DNA from: an uncultured Gemmataceae bacterium
Lineage (GTDB): Bacteria; Planctomycetota; Planctomycetia; Gemmatales; Gemmataceae
DNA length: 64,000 bases
Reading direction: 5' to 3'
Assembly (NCBI GenBank): GCA_963750165.1
Contig: CAVVPN010000003.1
Span: forward strand, 2,080,001-2,144,000
The position numbers and the translations under genes are program-made. The number at the start of each line of letters is the position of its first letter. Position 1 is the first letter of the stretch. The notes under the pieces are model-generated. The model did no database searches and was not told the origin of the DNA. It was given only the letters and a program-made list of their open reading frames with translations. Positions 9,932 to 21,561 of this stretch are shown here, one piece after another.

Positions 9932-10282
9932 GTGGCAAAGGGCCTCTACGACGTCTGGCATCTAAAGCCCGAGGTCTGGGTCGAATCGGAAAAATCTGGC
10001 TCCCAAGTCCGCTTTCCGGCCGATTACGAACTCGTGGCGCGCGTCAAAGCTCGCTCCCTCGACGAAGTCTACGAGAAGACAAACAGTATGGACGGCCCTT
10101 GGTGGGCGCGAAAAGACGTCGAGTGCGTCATGCCCTCGCGCTCGACCTCCATCGACGACGTGGTGATTGGCCCCTCGGGCGACATCCACGTTCTCGGCTG
10201 GAACGGCTGGATGATGGTCCGACAAGCAAGAGCTCCGGTTCAGGGCGTCGAAGCAAAGCCGACAATCGAGCCCTCCCGATGA
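9932..10282 (+). CDS. YodL-like domain protein
   Basis: DYELVA...LDEVYEKTN...RSTSIDDVV resembles the YodL pattern common on mobile elements. Confidence 0.55.
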   Translation: MAKGLYDVWHLKPEVWVESEKSGSQVRFPADYELVARVKARSLDEVYEKTNSMDGPWWARKDVECVMPSRSTSIDDVVIGPSGDIHVLGWNGWMMVRQARAPVQGVEAKPTIEPSR

Positions 10283-10380
10283 CCCCGTACGACGAACGAG
10301 GCGGTATCACGATTTTTTCTGGCGTCTGTCTCGAGGTCCTTTCGACCTTCGAGACCGAATCGGTGGACCTCGTCGCCCGG
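10279..10380 (+). pseudogene. N-terminal remnant of an N4/N6 DNA methyltransferase
   Basis: MTPYDERGGITIFSGVCLEVLSTFETESVDLV matches the start of beta-class MTases but stops before the DPPY motif. Confidence 0.55.
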
Positions 10381-10587
10381 CAGGAAAGCGATTCCGTTCG
10401 CGCCTGCCGGGTCGTTCGCCCTGTCCAGGAAAGAGAGGGCGGTGATCGATCTAGTGAAGACAGCCGTGGAGGCTAGTCCCGTGACAAAAGTCGAGACGTG
10501 CGGTTCGCCGACCTGCCGAACTCTCGACATCACCGCGCCCGAGAAGCACTTCGGGGAGCCCTTATAGACATGACGGAGGATTGAAAT

Positions 10588-10986
10588 ATGTGGCCATTCA
10601 GAAGGCGTGCGACGCAACCCACGGCCGATGGCACGCGCATTACACCTCGGCACATCGAGGCCGCAGCCGATTACCTCATGCGCTGTTCGGCTTTGGGACA
10701 TAGGGATGGCATCCTCTTCGAGCAATTCGTGGAAGGCGATGCGTGGTACGACCAAGGGCCGCTCGCCGTTTGCTTCGGACTCGACCCCCGCTTTGATGAA
10801 CACATGAATGTGGTCTACTCCTACCTCGGCCTCATGTTTTTTCTGGCCGCTGACCACGCAGGACGGGCAGGGCTCGGGCGAATCGAGTCGCGAGGCGGTC
10901 GGGCGTACTTTGTGCTGACCAAAGAGGGGAGGCAGAAATACCCGTCGCCCCCCGACGAGGAGTATCTGCTCGAAGAAGAGCCATGA
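10588..10986 (+). CDS. Hypothetical protein (starts MWPFRRR)
   Basis: GGAGGA SD, 132 aa ORF co-oriented with its neighbours. Confidence 0.6.
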   Translation: MWPFRRRATQPTADGTRITPRHIEAAADYLMRCSALGHRDGILFEQFVEGDAWYDQGPLAVCFGLDPRFDEHMNVVYSYLGLMFFLAADHAGRAGLGRIESRGGRAYFVLTKEGRQKYPSPPDEEYLLEEEP

Positions 10987-11047
10987 ACGACTTTGACGAC
11001 GCCACCATCGCCATCTCCCTTTTCCTCGCCCCGAGGAGGTTAAACCA

Positions 11048-11236
11048 ATGTGGCAGAAAGAGCGAGACACGAGAAACGCGGCATTGAAGATGAATATCGC
11101 CCTTCTCGACGAAGAAAACCGAGACTGGCTCATCATGCAGCTTCTCGGCGTTCAGGGATTCATCCGGCAGCTCGACATCACCGCCGCGGACAATCGCCTT
11201 CAGGAAATCATCGAAGCCGTCGCGGAGGAAGAATGA
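11048..11236 (+). CDS. Hypothetical small protein
   Basis: AGGAGGT SD; stop overlaps the next ATG. Confidence 0.55.
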   Translation: MWQKERDTRNAALKMNIALLDEENRDWLIMQLLGVQGFIRQLDITAADNRLQEIIEAVAEEE

Positions 11237-11409
11237 ACGACCTTGACGATGCCACGATCGCCGCTGTCGCCTACATAGCCGATCACCTCGCCGGACTCCC
11301 CGCCGATCGCGGAGCCATCGAATGGTGGCTATGGGGAGTGCTCATCGCCTACGCCGAGGTCGTCATCGCTGCCGAGCGGCGGCGAATGCAGGAACCGAGT
11401 CAGAATTAA
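11233..11409 (+). CDS. Hypothetical small protein (58 aa)
   Basis: GGAGG SD; ATGA overlap with the previous gene. Confidence 0.5.
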   Translation: MNDLDDATIAAVAYIADHLAGLPADRGAIEWWLWGVLIAYAEVVIAAERRRMQEPSQN

Positions 11410-11419
11410 GGAACCGACC

Positions 11420-11638
11420 ATGTGGCCATTCCGAAAACGAGTCCGTGGCGATGAGGCAGCCGATGCCCTCGCCAAGTTCTACTGCTGCAATTCCACCTAC
11501 ATTTGCAGGGGAAATTGCGGCGATAAGTGCCCGCCGATTTACTACGCGACGAGAGACTGTCTCCGCATGATGCTAGGCCGCGAGCCGACGGACGAGGAAA
11601 TCCGCAGAGCGTATGAGATCGATCACAGCCTTTTGTGA
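11420..11638 (+). CDS. Hypothetical Cys-rich small protein (starts MWPFRKR)
   Basis: AAGGA SD; CC-x5-C-x3-C-x3-C cluster. Confidence 0.5.
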   Translation: MWPFRKRVRGDEAADALAKFYCCNSTYICRGNCGDKCPPIYYATRDCLRMMLGREPTDEEIRRAYEIDHSLL

Positions 11639-11675
11639 TCCAAATTGACGCGGGCCGGACCCGCGCGGGTGAGTC

Positions 11676-11894
11676 ATGTTGACCGTGAAACAAGCGGCGG
11701 AGCGACTCCAGTGCAGCGCCGCCACCGTGTACCAACTCTGTGCTCATCGTCGAATTCGCCACGAGCGGCATGGCCTCGGCCGTGGAAGTATCCGCATCTC
11801 GGAAGACGCCCTTGACGAGTATCGCGCGAGCGTGACGGTAGAAGCTACAGAACGTCCCGCCGTGTCCACCCGACAGTTCAGGCACCTTTCTTGA
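11676..11894 (+). CDS. Excisionase-like HTH_17 DNA-binding protein
   Basis: MLTVKQAAERLQCSAATVYQL...IRISEDALDEY; adjacent to the integrase. Confidence 0.85.
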   Translation: MLTVKQAAERLQCSAATVYQLCAHRRIRHERHGLGRGSIRISEDALDEYRASVTVEATERPAVSTRQFRHLS

Positions 11895-12957
11895 ACGGGT
11901 CAAACCCCTCCATCCGCTTGAATGCTGCTTGGTGCTGATCGATCAAATGTCCATAATGTTCAAAAATCATCTTGTAGTTCGCATGTCCGAGAAGGACGCG
12001 AAGATACTCGATCTCGTTCGGGAACTGCTGGAGGAAGTTGGTAGCAAAGGTATGACGGAGCCCGCTCACACACAGCCCCGGTTGCCACTCAAGTTTCTTC
12101 GTCTCCTTGAACTTCCCCCGCAGGTTCGTCAGGTAAATCTGCGGCGCGTCCGGATCCCAGGGCCCACCGTAGGCGTTCCGGAAGATCGGCCCTTCGGGGT
12201 GCTCGGCGTTCAGCCGCTCGACAAGTTCGCGGGCCTCGTCATTCAAGAGCCGGACGTACTTCACGCGCTTCTTGTTTCCACGCTCGTGGCTCAGATCCTC
12301 GCAATCCCATCGGCTTTGTTGCTTATTGTAGTGCCGGGCCGCAATCTGGATGACAGTCGTGATGCGGGCACCGGTCCACGCGAGAATCCGCACGAGGTCA
12401 GCGAACGCCGGACTCGACACCCGAAGCACCTGCTCGAACGTTTCAGGCGTCCAGACCGCTTCCTTGCCCCACGACTCGCCGGCCGGCAAGTGAAGCTGAC
12501 CGCGAAGCGGGTTCTCGTGAATCAACTCGCCGCCCTTCTTGGTCCGAGGCCGAGCCGCCCAGTTGAGGCAAGACAGGATGATCGACTTATAGAGCCGCTC
12601 CGAGCTGGGGGACAGCTCCTTCTTCCCGAGCCAGCCATCGACGTGCTTCGGCCGGAGGTCCCTTGCTCGGACGTGGCCGCCGATGTGGTCCTTGAACTCT
12701 TGCAATCGCTCCTTGCAGTGCCGGTATCGCTCCGGGACGCACGTCGCCTCGACGTGGTCGAGGTAGCGGTCAGCGAGGTCGGCAAAGGTGATGTTCGGGT
12801 CCGGGCTCTGCTCTAGCTCGGCCTGACGCATGAGGAACTTGAACTGCGTCTCGGCATCGTCCTTGTCCTTCCCGAGCCGGTGAAACTGCCCCGCGATCGT
12901 GCAGGTGTACTGGTTATAGAAGGGGGTCCAGTTGACCTTCGGTTTCCGGCCGGCCAT
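11878..12957 (-). CDS. Tyrosine recombinase/integrase
   Basis: Catalytic motifs TGAR, SGLRHTFAT, LLGH...Y; N-terminal arm-binding and core-binding regions. Confidence 0.92.
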   Translation of the reverse strand: MAGRKPKVNWTPFYNQYTCTIAGQFHRLGKDKDDAETQFKFLMRQAELEQSPDPNITFADLADRYLDHVEATCVPERYRHCKERLQEFKDHIGGHVRARDLRPKHVDGWLGKKELSPSSERLYKSIILSCLNWAARPRTKKGGELIHENPLRGQLHLPAGESWGKEAVWTPETFEQVLRVSSPAFADLVRILAWTGARITTVIQIAARHYNKQQSRWDCEDLSHERGNKKRVKYVRLLNDEARELVERLNAEHPEGPIFRNAYGGPWDPDAPQIYLTNLRGKFKETKKLEWQPGLCVSGLRHTFATNFLQQFPNEIEYLRVLLGHANYKMIFEHYGHLIDQHQAAFKRMEGFDPFKKGA

Positions 12958-13054
12958 CGGCAGCACTCCGCGAGCGAGGAGGGTAGTGGATCGATCTTCC
13001 TCGTATTCTTCCTCGGTAGTGCTTTCTCTTCAAGGCCAGCTTGGCGTTTTGTCC

Positions 13055-13132
13055 CTAGAAAACCTGCTCTGATTCTTGCTGGTAGTGGATCATGCCCATG
13101 AAGCCGACCCCTACTATTCCGATCCTGACCAT
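13055..13132 (-). pseudogene. Truncated 5' fragment of a Gfo/Idh/MocA oxidoreductase (probable att junction)
   Basis: MVRIGIVGVGFMGMIHY Rossmann start, then unrelated residues and a stop after 25 aa, right beside the integrase. Confidence 0.7.
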
Positions 13133-13414
13133 TTTTACCACCCCTTTTTGCACCGTTTGCTTGTTTTGTCCATTTAGCACCGTGTTTGTCCCAAACTTTG
13201 CATTCATCCTTGCGCCGGTAAGGCTTCCCGTTGGTGATTCAGCGGTGCAACTTCCTGGCGGCGTCGATGGGAAATAGCATATTGGCGCACCTGGGAGCGT
13301 GCCACGGGCAGTCCTCGATGAAGTCACCGCCTTCAAGGACCGCTTGCTAGAATAAGTGACCGTTTCTAAAATGACGGCGCGTGAACGGTCATCGATCGGT
13401 CATTGAGGAACAAC

Positions 13415-14122
13415 ATGCAACTGAGCATGCGGGATCTCACCAAACTACTCGACGTGGCCGAGTCCACGGTTTCACGATGGATCAAACACCGTGGCTTGCC
13501 CGCCCAGCAGCTTGGGGGGCAGTACCGCGTCAACCGGGCGGAACTACTGGAGTGGGCGACGGCGAACCTGGTCCGGGTGTCTCTTGACCTGTTCGACCAC
13601 CTCGAAGCGGACGCCGAGGCCGCCCCTTCCCTGGCGGAGGCCCTGGAGGCAGGGGGCATTCACTACCGCCTCCCGGACACCAGTAAAGATTGTGCCCTGC
13701 GCGCGCTGGTGCAGGTCCTGCCCCTGCCGGAGAGTGTGGACCGGGACCTCCTCCTGCGGCTCTTCCACGCGCGGGAAGCGTCGGCCTCGACCGCCATTGG
13801 CGACGGCATCGCCGTCCCCCACGTCCGCAACCCCATCGTCCTGCATGTCTCCCGGCCGTCGGTCACACTCGCCTTCCTTGAAAAGCCGGTCGAGTTTGGG
13901 GCACTGGACGGCAAGCCAGTCCATGTCCTCTTCTCCATCATCAGCCCGACGAACCGGAGCCACTTGCAGCTGCTCTCCCGGCTGTCCTTTGCCATGCACG
14001 ACCACGGGCTACGGGAGGCCGTCGTCCGCCGGGCGCCGTGCGCTGACATCCTGCGGGAAGTTCGCCGGGTCGAGGCACGCATGAACGCGCCCGCAGCTGA
14101 AGGACAGATCGGAGCACACTAG
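13415..14122 (+). CDS. HTH_17 + PTS EIIA (PtsN-like) protein
   Basis: N-terminal LLDVAESTVSRWI HTH; REASASTAIGDGIAVPH phospho-His motif; FGALDGKPV. Confidence 0.88.
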   Translation: MQLSMRDLTKLLDVAESTVSRWIKHRGLPAQQLGGQYRVNRAELLEWATANLVRVSLDLFDHLEADAEAAPSLAEALEAGGIHYRLPDTSKDCALRALVQVLPLPESVDRDLLLRLFHAREASASTAIGDGIAVPHVRNPIVLHVSRPSVTLAFLEKPVEFGALDGKPVHVLFSIISPTNRSHLQLLSRLSFAMHDHGLREAVVRRAPCADILREVRRVEARMNAPAAEGQIGAH

Positions 14123-14230
14123 CATGGATGTCCTGCCCCGCGCCATCATCCACGTTGATTTGCTCGATATTGTGCCCATGGTCGCACTGGCGCCGGCCTG
14201 GGTGTCTGCGCGGACATGGTGGGGTACGTC

Positions 14231-16217
14231 ATGAGCGAAACGCTGGTGCTCTGGGGGATCGTCGTCGCCGGATTGAGCGGTGTCCCGGGCCTTCTTCTGG
14301 GCCGGACCTCGATGGCAGGACAGTGGTTGACGACGTTGCTGGCCGTGGTCGGGTCGGGGCTGGGCCTCGGCGGCGTCGGCTGCGTTCTGGGCAACCGGAG
14401 ACAGCGAACCGCTCGTGTGGCCCTGGCCAATCCCGGGGGCCGAGTTCAGCGTGGCCGTGGATGGGTTGTCGGCCGTCTTCCTGCTGCCGATCTTCCTGAT
14501 CGTCGCTCCTGGGAAGTGTCTACGGGCTGGCCTACTGGAAGCAGACGGAGCATCCGCAGAATGGCCGCAAACTGTGCCTGTTCTACGGCACGCTGACCGC
14601 TGGCATGGGACTGCTGGTGATCGCCCGCAACAGCATCCTGTTCCTGTTCGGCTGGGAAATCATGGCGCTGTCGGCGTTCTTCCTGATCACCACCGAAGAG
14701 GACAACAGGGAGGTCCGCGAAACCGGCTGGGTCTATCTGGTCGCGACCCACGTGGCGACCTTGTGCCTCTTCGCCCTCTTCGCGTTGCTGCGCGCCGCCA
14801 ACGGCTCGTTCGCGCTCGATACCGTGAACCAGGAGAACCTGTCGCCGGGATTGGCGACGGCGATCTTCATTCTGGCACTCATCGGCTTCGGTCTGAAGGC
14901 CGGCATCATGCCGCTGCACGTCTGGCTGCCCGGCGCCCACGCCGTTGCCCCCAGCCATGTTTCCGCCCTCATGTCGGGCGTCCTCATCAAGATGGGCATC
15001 TACGGCCTGGTGCGGGTGACGTCCCTGTTTCCGAACCCGCCCCTGGAATGGGGCGGAGTCGTCCTGGGGCTCGGCGTCGTCTCGGGCGTCCTCGGCGTCG
15101 CCTTTGCCATCGGCCAGCACGACCTGAAGCGGCTGCTGGCCTACCACAGCATCGAGAACATCGGCATCATCGTCATGGGCCTCGGCCTGGCCCTGCTGGG
15201 CCGTTCCCTGGGCCGGCAGGACTGGGTCATCCTCGGACTGGGCGGTAGCCTGCTCCACGTCTGGAACCACGCGACCTTCAAGTCGCTGCTCTTCCTCAGT
15301 GCCGGCTCCGTCATCCACACGACCCACACCCGCGAGATCGACCACCTGGGCGGCCTGGCCAAGGAGATGCCGTGGACGGCCCTGTGCTTCCTGGTCGGGG
15401 CGGTCGCCATCTGCGGCCTGCCGCCGCTGAACGGCTTCGTCAGTGAGTTCCTCATCTATCTCGGCCTGTTCGGCACGCTCGGGGACGGGGCAGGGCCGTC
15501 GTTCGCCGGCGGCGGCCTTCGCCGCCCCGGCGCTGGCCTTGATCGGGGCGCTGGCGCGTGGCGTGCTTCGTGAAGGTCTACGGGGCGGTCTTCCTGGGAA
15601 CGGCCCGGTCGGACCACGCGACGCACGCGCATGAATCACCGGTGGCCATGCTCGGGCCGATGGGCGTGCTGGCGGCCTGTTGCTTCCTGATCGGGCTGGC
15701 CCCGCTCCTGATCGCTCCCATCCTCGGCGCAGGCATCTCGGCGTGGGCGCCCGGAGTCTGAGGGACGCAGGTCCGCGCCTCGCCGCGCTGGCCCCCCTGG
15801 GCTGGATCACGGTCATGGGCCTGGGGTTGATCGCCGCCTTGCTCGCGGTGGGAGGTGTGTTGCGGCTGCGACTGCGCCACAGTGTCGTGGAGACGGGAGC
15901 GACCTGGGGCTGCGGCTACGTCGCCCCGACGCCGCGGATGCAGTACACGTCGTCCTCCTTCGCCCAGATGCTGGTCGGACTGTTCGGCTGGGCGCTCCGC
16001 CCGCGCACGCGCCAGCCCCGGAACCTGCCCCTGTTCCCGCAGAAGACCGACTTTCCACAGCGAGGTGCCCGACCCGGTGCTCGACGAAGCAGTGTTGCCG
16101 GCGTTCCGCTCCGTGGCGTGGCTGTTCTCCTGGTTCCGCGTGTTCCAGCAAGGGAACATTCAGACCTACCTGCTGTACCTCTTCGTCGCTCTGATTGTCT
16201 TGCTGCTCTGGCGTTAG
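14231..16217 (+). CDS. hyfB: Hydrogenase-4 component B-like proton-translocating subunit (multiple frameshifts)
   Basis: WEIMAL, GFGLKAGIMPLHVWLPGAH, KRLLAYHSIEN, PPLNGFVSE and TWGCGY...RMQYT spread over several frames. Confidence 0.82.
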
Positions 16218-16227
16218 AAGGGACGTG

Positions 16228-17147
16228 ATGGAAACGGTCATTCAGAATACCGTCCACGTGCTGCTGGCCCTGACGCTGCCGCCGCTGCTGCTCGGCGTCA
16301 TCGCCAGGACCAAGGCGCTGTTCGCCGGCCGGGTCGGGCCGCCGCTGGTGCAGCCGTACTACGACCTCATCAAGCTCTTCCGCAAGGGATCGGTCTTCAG
16401 CACCACGACGACCTGGGTGTTCCGGGCCGGGCCGGTGGTCGGCCTGGTGACGGCGGCGCTCGCGGTGCTGCTCATCCCGCTCGCCAACGCGACGGCGCCG
16501 GTCTCGTTCACCGGCGACTTGATCCTGCTGGCGTACCTGCTGGGCCTGGGGCGGTTCTTCACCGCGTCGGCGGCCCTGGATACCGGCTCCGCCTTCGAGG
16601 GGATGGGGGCGGCACGGGAAGTCACCTTCGCGTGCCTGGCGGAACCGGCGCTGTTCCTGGGGCTGCTCGTCCTGGCCAAGCTGTCCGGGTCGCTGCAACT
16701 GGCGGACATGCTCGGCAACTCGCTCGGCGGCGCACTGGTCGACGGCGGGCGCCTCGCTGGTCCTGGTCCTGCTCAGCTGGTTCATCGTCCTGCTGGCGGA
16801 GAACTCGCGCATCCCCTTCGACGACCCCAACACGCACCTGGAACTGACCATGATCCACGAGGTCATGGTGCTCGACCACAGCGGGCCGGCCTTCGGCATG
16901 ATCCTCTACGGGGCGGCCCTCAAGCTCTTCGTCTTCGGGGCACTGATCGTCCGCCTCGCGTTCCCCTGGGCGACCGGCTTTCCCTGGCTGGACTGGCCCA
17001 TCTTCGTCGGCGGGATGCTGGTCGTCGCGGTGGCGATCGGGGTGGTGGAATCGACCATGGCGCGCCTGCGGCTGACCCACGTTCCCGATCCTGCTCGTCG
17101 CGGCCTGCCTGCTGTCGGCCTTTGGCGTCATCCTGGTGGTGAGGTGA
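16228..17147 (+). CDS. hyfC: Hydrogenase-4 component C / NuoH-like membrane subunit (frameshifted)
   Basis: GRVGPPLVQPYYDLIKL, ALDTGSAFEGMGAARE, ELTMIHEVMVLDHSGP. Confidence 0.82.
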
Positions 17148-17151
17148 AACG

Positions 17152-17796
17152 ATGGTCCAGTTCCTCGATCCCCTGTTGATCGTGGCCCTGGCGCTCAACT
17201 TGTCGCCCTGGGAGTGAGCCGCATTCGCGCGGTCATCAACACGGTCGCCCTGCAGGGGATATTACTGGGGACTTTGCCACTGTTCCTTCCCCACGATGAG
17301 ATCGGCTTGCGGAGCATCCTGCTCATTCGTGGTGACGATCGCTCTGAAAGGAGTCATCATCCCCTGCTTCCTCGTGCGCGCCATGCGCGAGGCGGACATC
17401 CAGCACGAGGTCAAGCCAGTCGTGGGCTACATGAGTTCCCTCCTGCTGGGGGCGGTCGGCACCGGCCTGGCGCTGGTGTTCTCCTCCACGCTCCCCCTGG
17501 CCGAGAAGCACGCCGGCTACCTGCTCGTGCCGGCGTCGCTCGCGACGGTGTGGACCGGCTTCCTCCTGCTGACGACACGGAGGAAGGCCATCATGCAGGT
17601 GCTCGGCTATCTGCTCCTGGAGAACGGCATCTTCCTGTTCGGGCTGCTGCTGCTGGAGGCGATGCCGTTCCTCGTTGAGGTCGGCGTGCTGCTCGACCTG
17701 TTCACCGGCGTGTTCGTGATGGGCATCATCATCCACCACATCAGCCGCGAGTTCGCCTCGATCAGCACGGAGCACCTGACGGAGTTGAAGGAATAA
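17152..17796 (+). CDS. hyfE: Hydrogenase-4 component E-like membrane subunit (frameshifted)
   Basis: RRKAIMQVLGYLLLENGIF...VEVGVLLD; position in the operon. Confidence 0.8.
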
Positions 17797-17799
17797 CCG

Positions 17800-19239
<1,440 letters not shown>

Positions 19240-19243
19240 AGCG

Positions 19244-20776
19244 ATGAGCGACAACGGCTTCGCCTCGTTGCGCTCGGGACAGGCGATCCCACGTGGGCAG
19301 ATTCCGGAACGGCCAATGGCGGAGTTCCGCCGGGCCGTCGTGGACGCGGTCGCCCGCGGGCACCGCGTAGCGGCCCTGTTCGGCGACGCTCCGGCGTCGG
19401 GCGGGCCGGTGGAACTCTACGCCGTGCTCGCCGACGGCACCCAGGCCCTGCTGCGCGTCGTCAAGACGACCCTGGACGCGGATCGCTTCCCGTCGCCTGA
19501 CGCCGGATTGCCCGCAGGTTCATCTGTTCGAGCGCGAGATCGCCGAGCAATACGGTGTCTGTCCCGAAGGCCATCCCTGGTTCAAGCCGGTTCGTTTCCA
19601 TGCCTCGTACCGACCCGGCCACGACGCCTGGGGCAGGAAGCCGGACGAGCCACCAGTCATCGGCGTCACGGACTTCTACCGCGTCGAAGGGGAGGAGATC
19701 CACGAGGTAGCCGTCGGGCCCGTCCACGCCGGCATCATCGAGCCGGGGCATTTCCGCTTCCAGTGCCACGGCGAGCAGGTCTTCCACCTGGAGATTTCGC
19801 TCGGCTACCAGCATCGGGGGGTCGAGCGGGCGCTCGTCGGCGGGCCGAACAAGCGCACCATCCACATGATGGAGGCGGTGGCCGGGGACACCTCGGTCGG
19901 CCATGCCACGGCCTACTGCCAGGCGGTCGAGGCCCTGGCCGGCTGCCAGGTCCCCGATCCGCGCCGAGGTGTTGCGCGGCATCGCCCTGGAACTGGAGCG
20001 ACTGGCCAACCACACCGGGGACCTGGGTGCCCTGGCGGGCGACGTGGGGTTCTTGCCGACGGCTTCGTACTGCGGGCGCATCCGCGGCGATTTCCTCAAC
20101 CTGACGGCGCTCCTGTGCGGCAGCCGCTTCGGCCGCGGCCTGGTCCGTCCGGGCGGCGTCGGCTTCGACCTGGAGGAGGATCGGAGGCGGCAGTGTCTGG
20201 AACGCCTGGAGGCGGCGTACCGGGACGTGGCCAACGCGGTCAACTTGCTCTGGGATTCGACATCCGTGCAGGCCCGGTTCGAGGGGACGGGGGCCGTTGC
20301 CCTGGCGGATTGCCGCGCCCTCGGCCTGGTCGGCCCCGCAGCGCGGGCCTGCGGCGTCGAGGCAGACGTGCGCCAGGATTTCCCCGCCGGCATCTTACCG
20401 CTTCGCCCAGATCCCCGTTTCCACCTGGCAGACGGGCGACGTCTTTGCCCGCGCCTACGTGCGCTGGCTGGAAATCCAGCGTTCCGTGGCGTTCATCCGC
20501 ACCCAGCTCACCGAGTTTCCAGACGGTCCGATCCGAGCTGACGCGGCGACGGTCAAGCCCGATCACTTCGTCATCAGCCTGGTCGAGGGCTGGCGCGGAG
20601 AAATCTGTCACGTGGCTCTGACCGACAGTCAGGGCCGCTTCGCGCGCTACAAGATCGTGGACCCGTCCTTCCACAACTGGATGGGGCTGGCGCTGGCGCT
20701 GCGCGACCAGCAGATCTCGGACTTCCCGCTGTGTAACAAGAGCTTTAATCTGTCGTATTGCGGACACGACCTGTGA
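19244..20776 (+). CDS. hyfG: HyfG/HycE-like (NuoC+D) large subunit, Ehr type without Ni-binding cysteines (frameshifted)
   Basis: VGPVHAGIIEPGHFRF, LGYQHRG, ELERLANH, VEGWRGE, DPSFHNW; C-terminus DFPLCNKSFNLSYCGHDL. Confidence 0.8.
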
Positions 20777-20785
20777 GGAGCAAGT

Positions 20786-21548
20786 ATGTTGCAAGTCGCG
20801 CTCGCCCGCCTGAGGCAGGGCCACCGGACGATCGCTTACCCGGCCAGCGTTCCGGCCCTGCCGGATCGGTTCCGAGGTCTGCCGGTCGTCGATACGTCCA
20901 AATGTCCGGACGGTTGCCGCTCGTGTGCCGAGGCGTGCCCGACGGACGCCATCACCATCGACGGCACCGGGCTTCCGGCTGGACCTGGGGCGCTGCCTGT
21001 TCTGCACGGACTGCGTGCAAGCGTGCCCTGAAGGGGCCATCCAGCTACAGCCAGGACCACCGCCTGGCCACGCGGACGCGCGAGGATCTGATTTACGATG
21101 GGCGGGCGCTGAGAGCTGGCCGAGGCGCCTCGACGCGAAGCTCCGCCGGCTCTTCGGCCGGTCGTTCAAGCTCCGCCAGGTGAGCGCCGGGGGTTCGGGC
21201 GGCTGCGAGGCCGACCTGAACGTGCTGGGCACCGTCGTCTTCGACCTGGGCCGGTTCGGCATCCAGTTCGTCGCCTCGCCGCGGCACGCCGACGGCCTGG
21301 TGGTCACCGGCCCCGTTAGCGAGAACATGCGTTCGGCCCTGCTGGAGACCTATGCCGCGATCCCAGCCCCCAAGCTCGTGATCGCCGTCGGGGCCGAGGC
21401 CATCAGCGGCGGGGTGTTTCGTGGACACCGCGAAGTCCACGACGGTTGCAGCGCGCTGCTGCCGGTGGATCTGTTCATCCCAGGCTGGCCGCCCCACCCA
21501 CTGACGATCCTCGACGGGCTGCTACGCCTACTCGGGCGACTGGAATAA
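20786..21548 (+). CDS. Fused 2x[4Fe-4S] ferredoxin (HyfH-like) + NuoB/HyfI-like small subunit (frameshifted)
   Basis: CPDGCRSCAEACP and CLFCTDCVQACP, then RQVSAGG, ASPRHADGLVVTGPV. Confidence 0.78.
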
Positions 21549-21561
21549 CTCCACGAGCGCT

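Larger units (their letters stand above)
1..13091. mobile_element. Integrative mobilisable element (tyrosine integrase + Xis + MOBF relaxase + T4CP); left end lies outside the window
   Basis: Integrase and Xis at the right end, a relaxase/coupling-protein pair, and CTC/CTT/TCG-rich codon style unlike the CTG-rich host genes. It ends at a truncated oxidoreductase 5' fragment. Confidence 0.85.

Noticed and set aside
13200..13354. Coding-like remnant right of the att fragment
   Set aside because: Interrupted by a stop, and I could not recognise a family.
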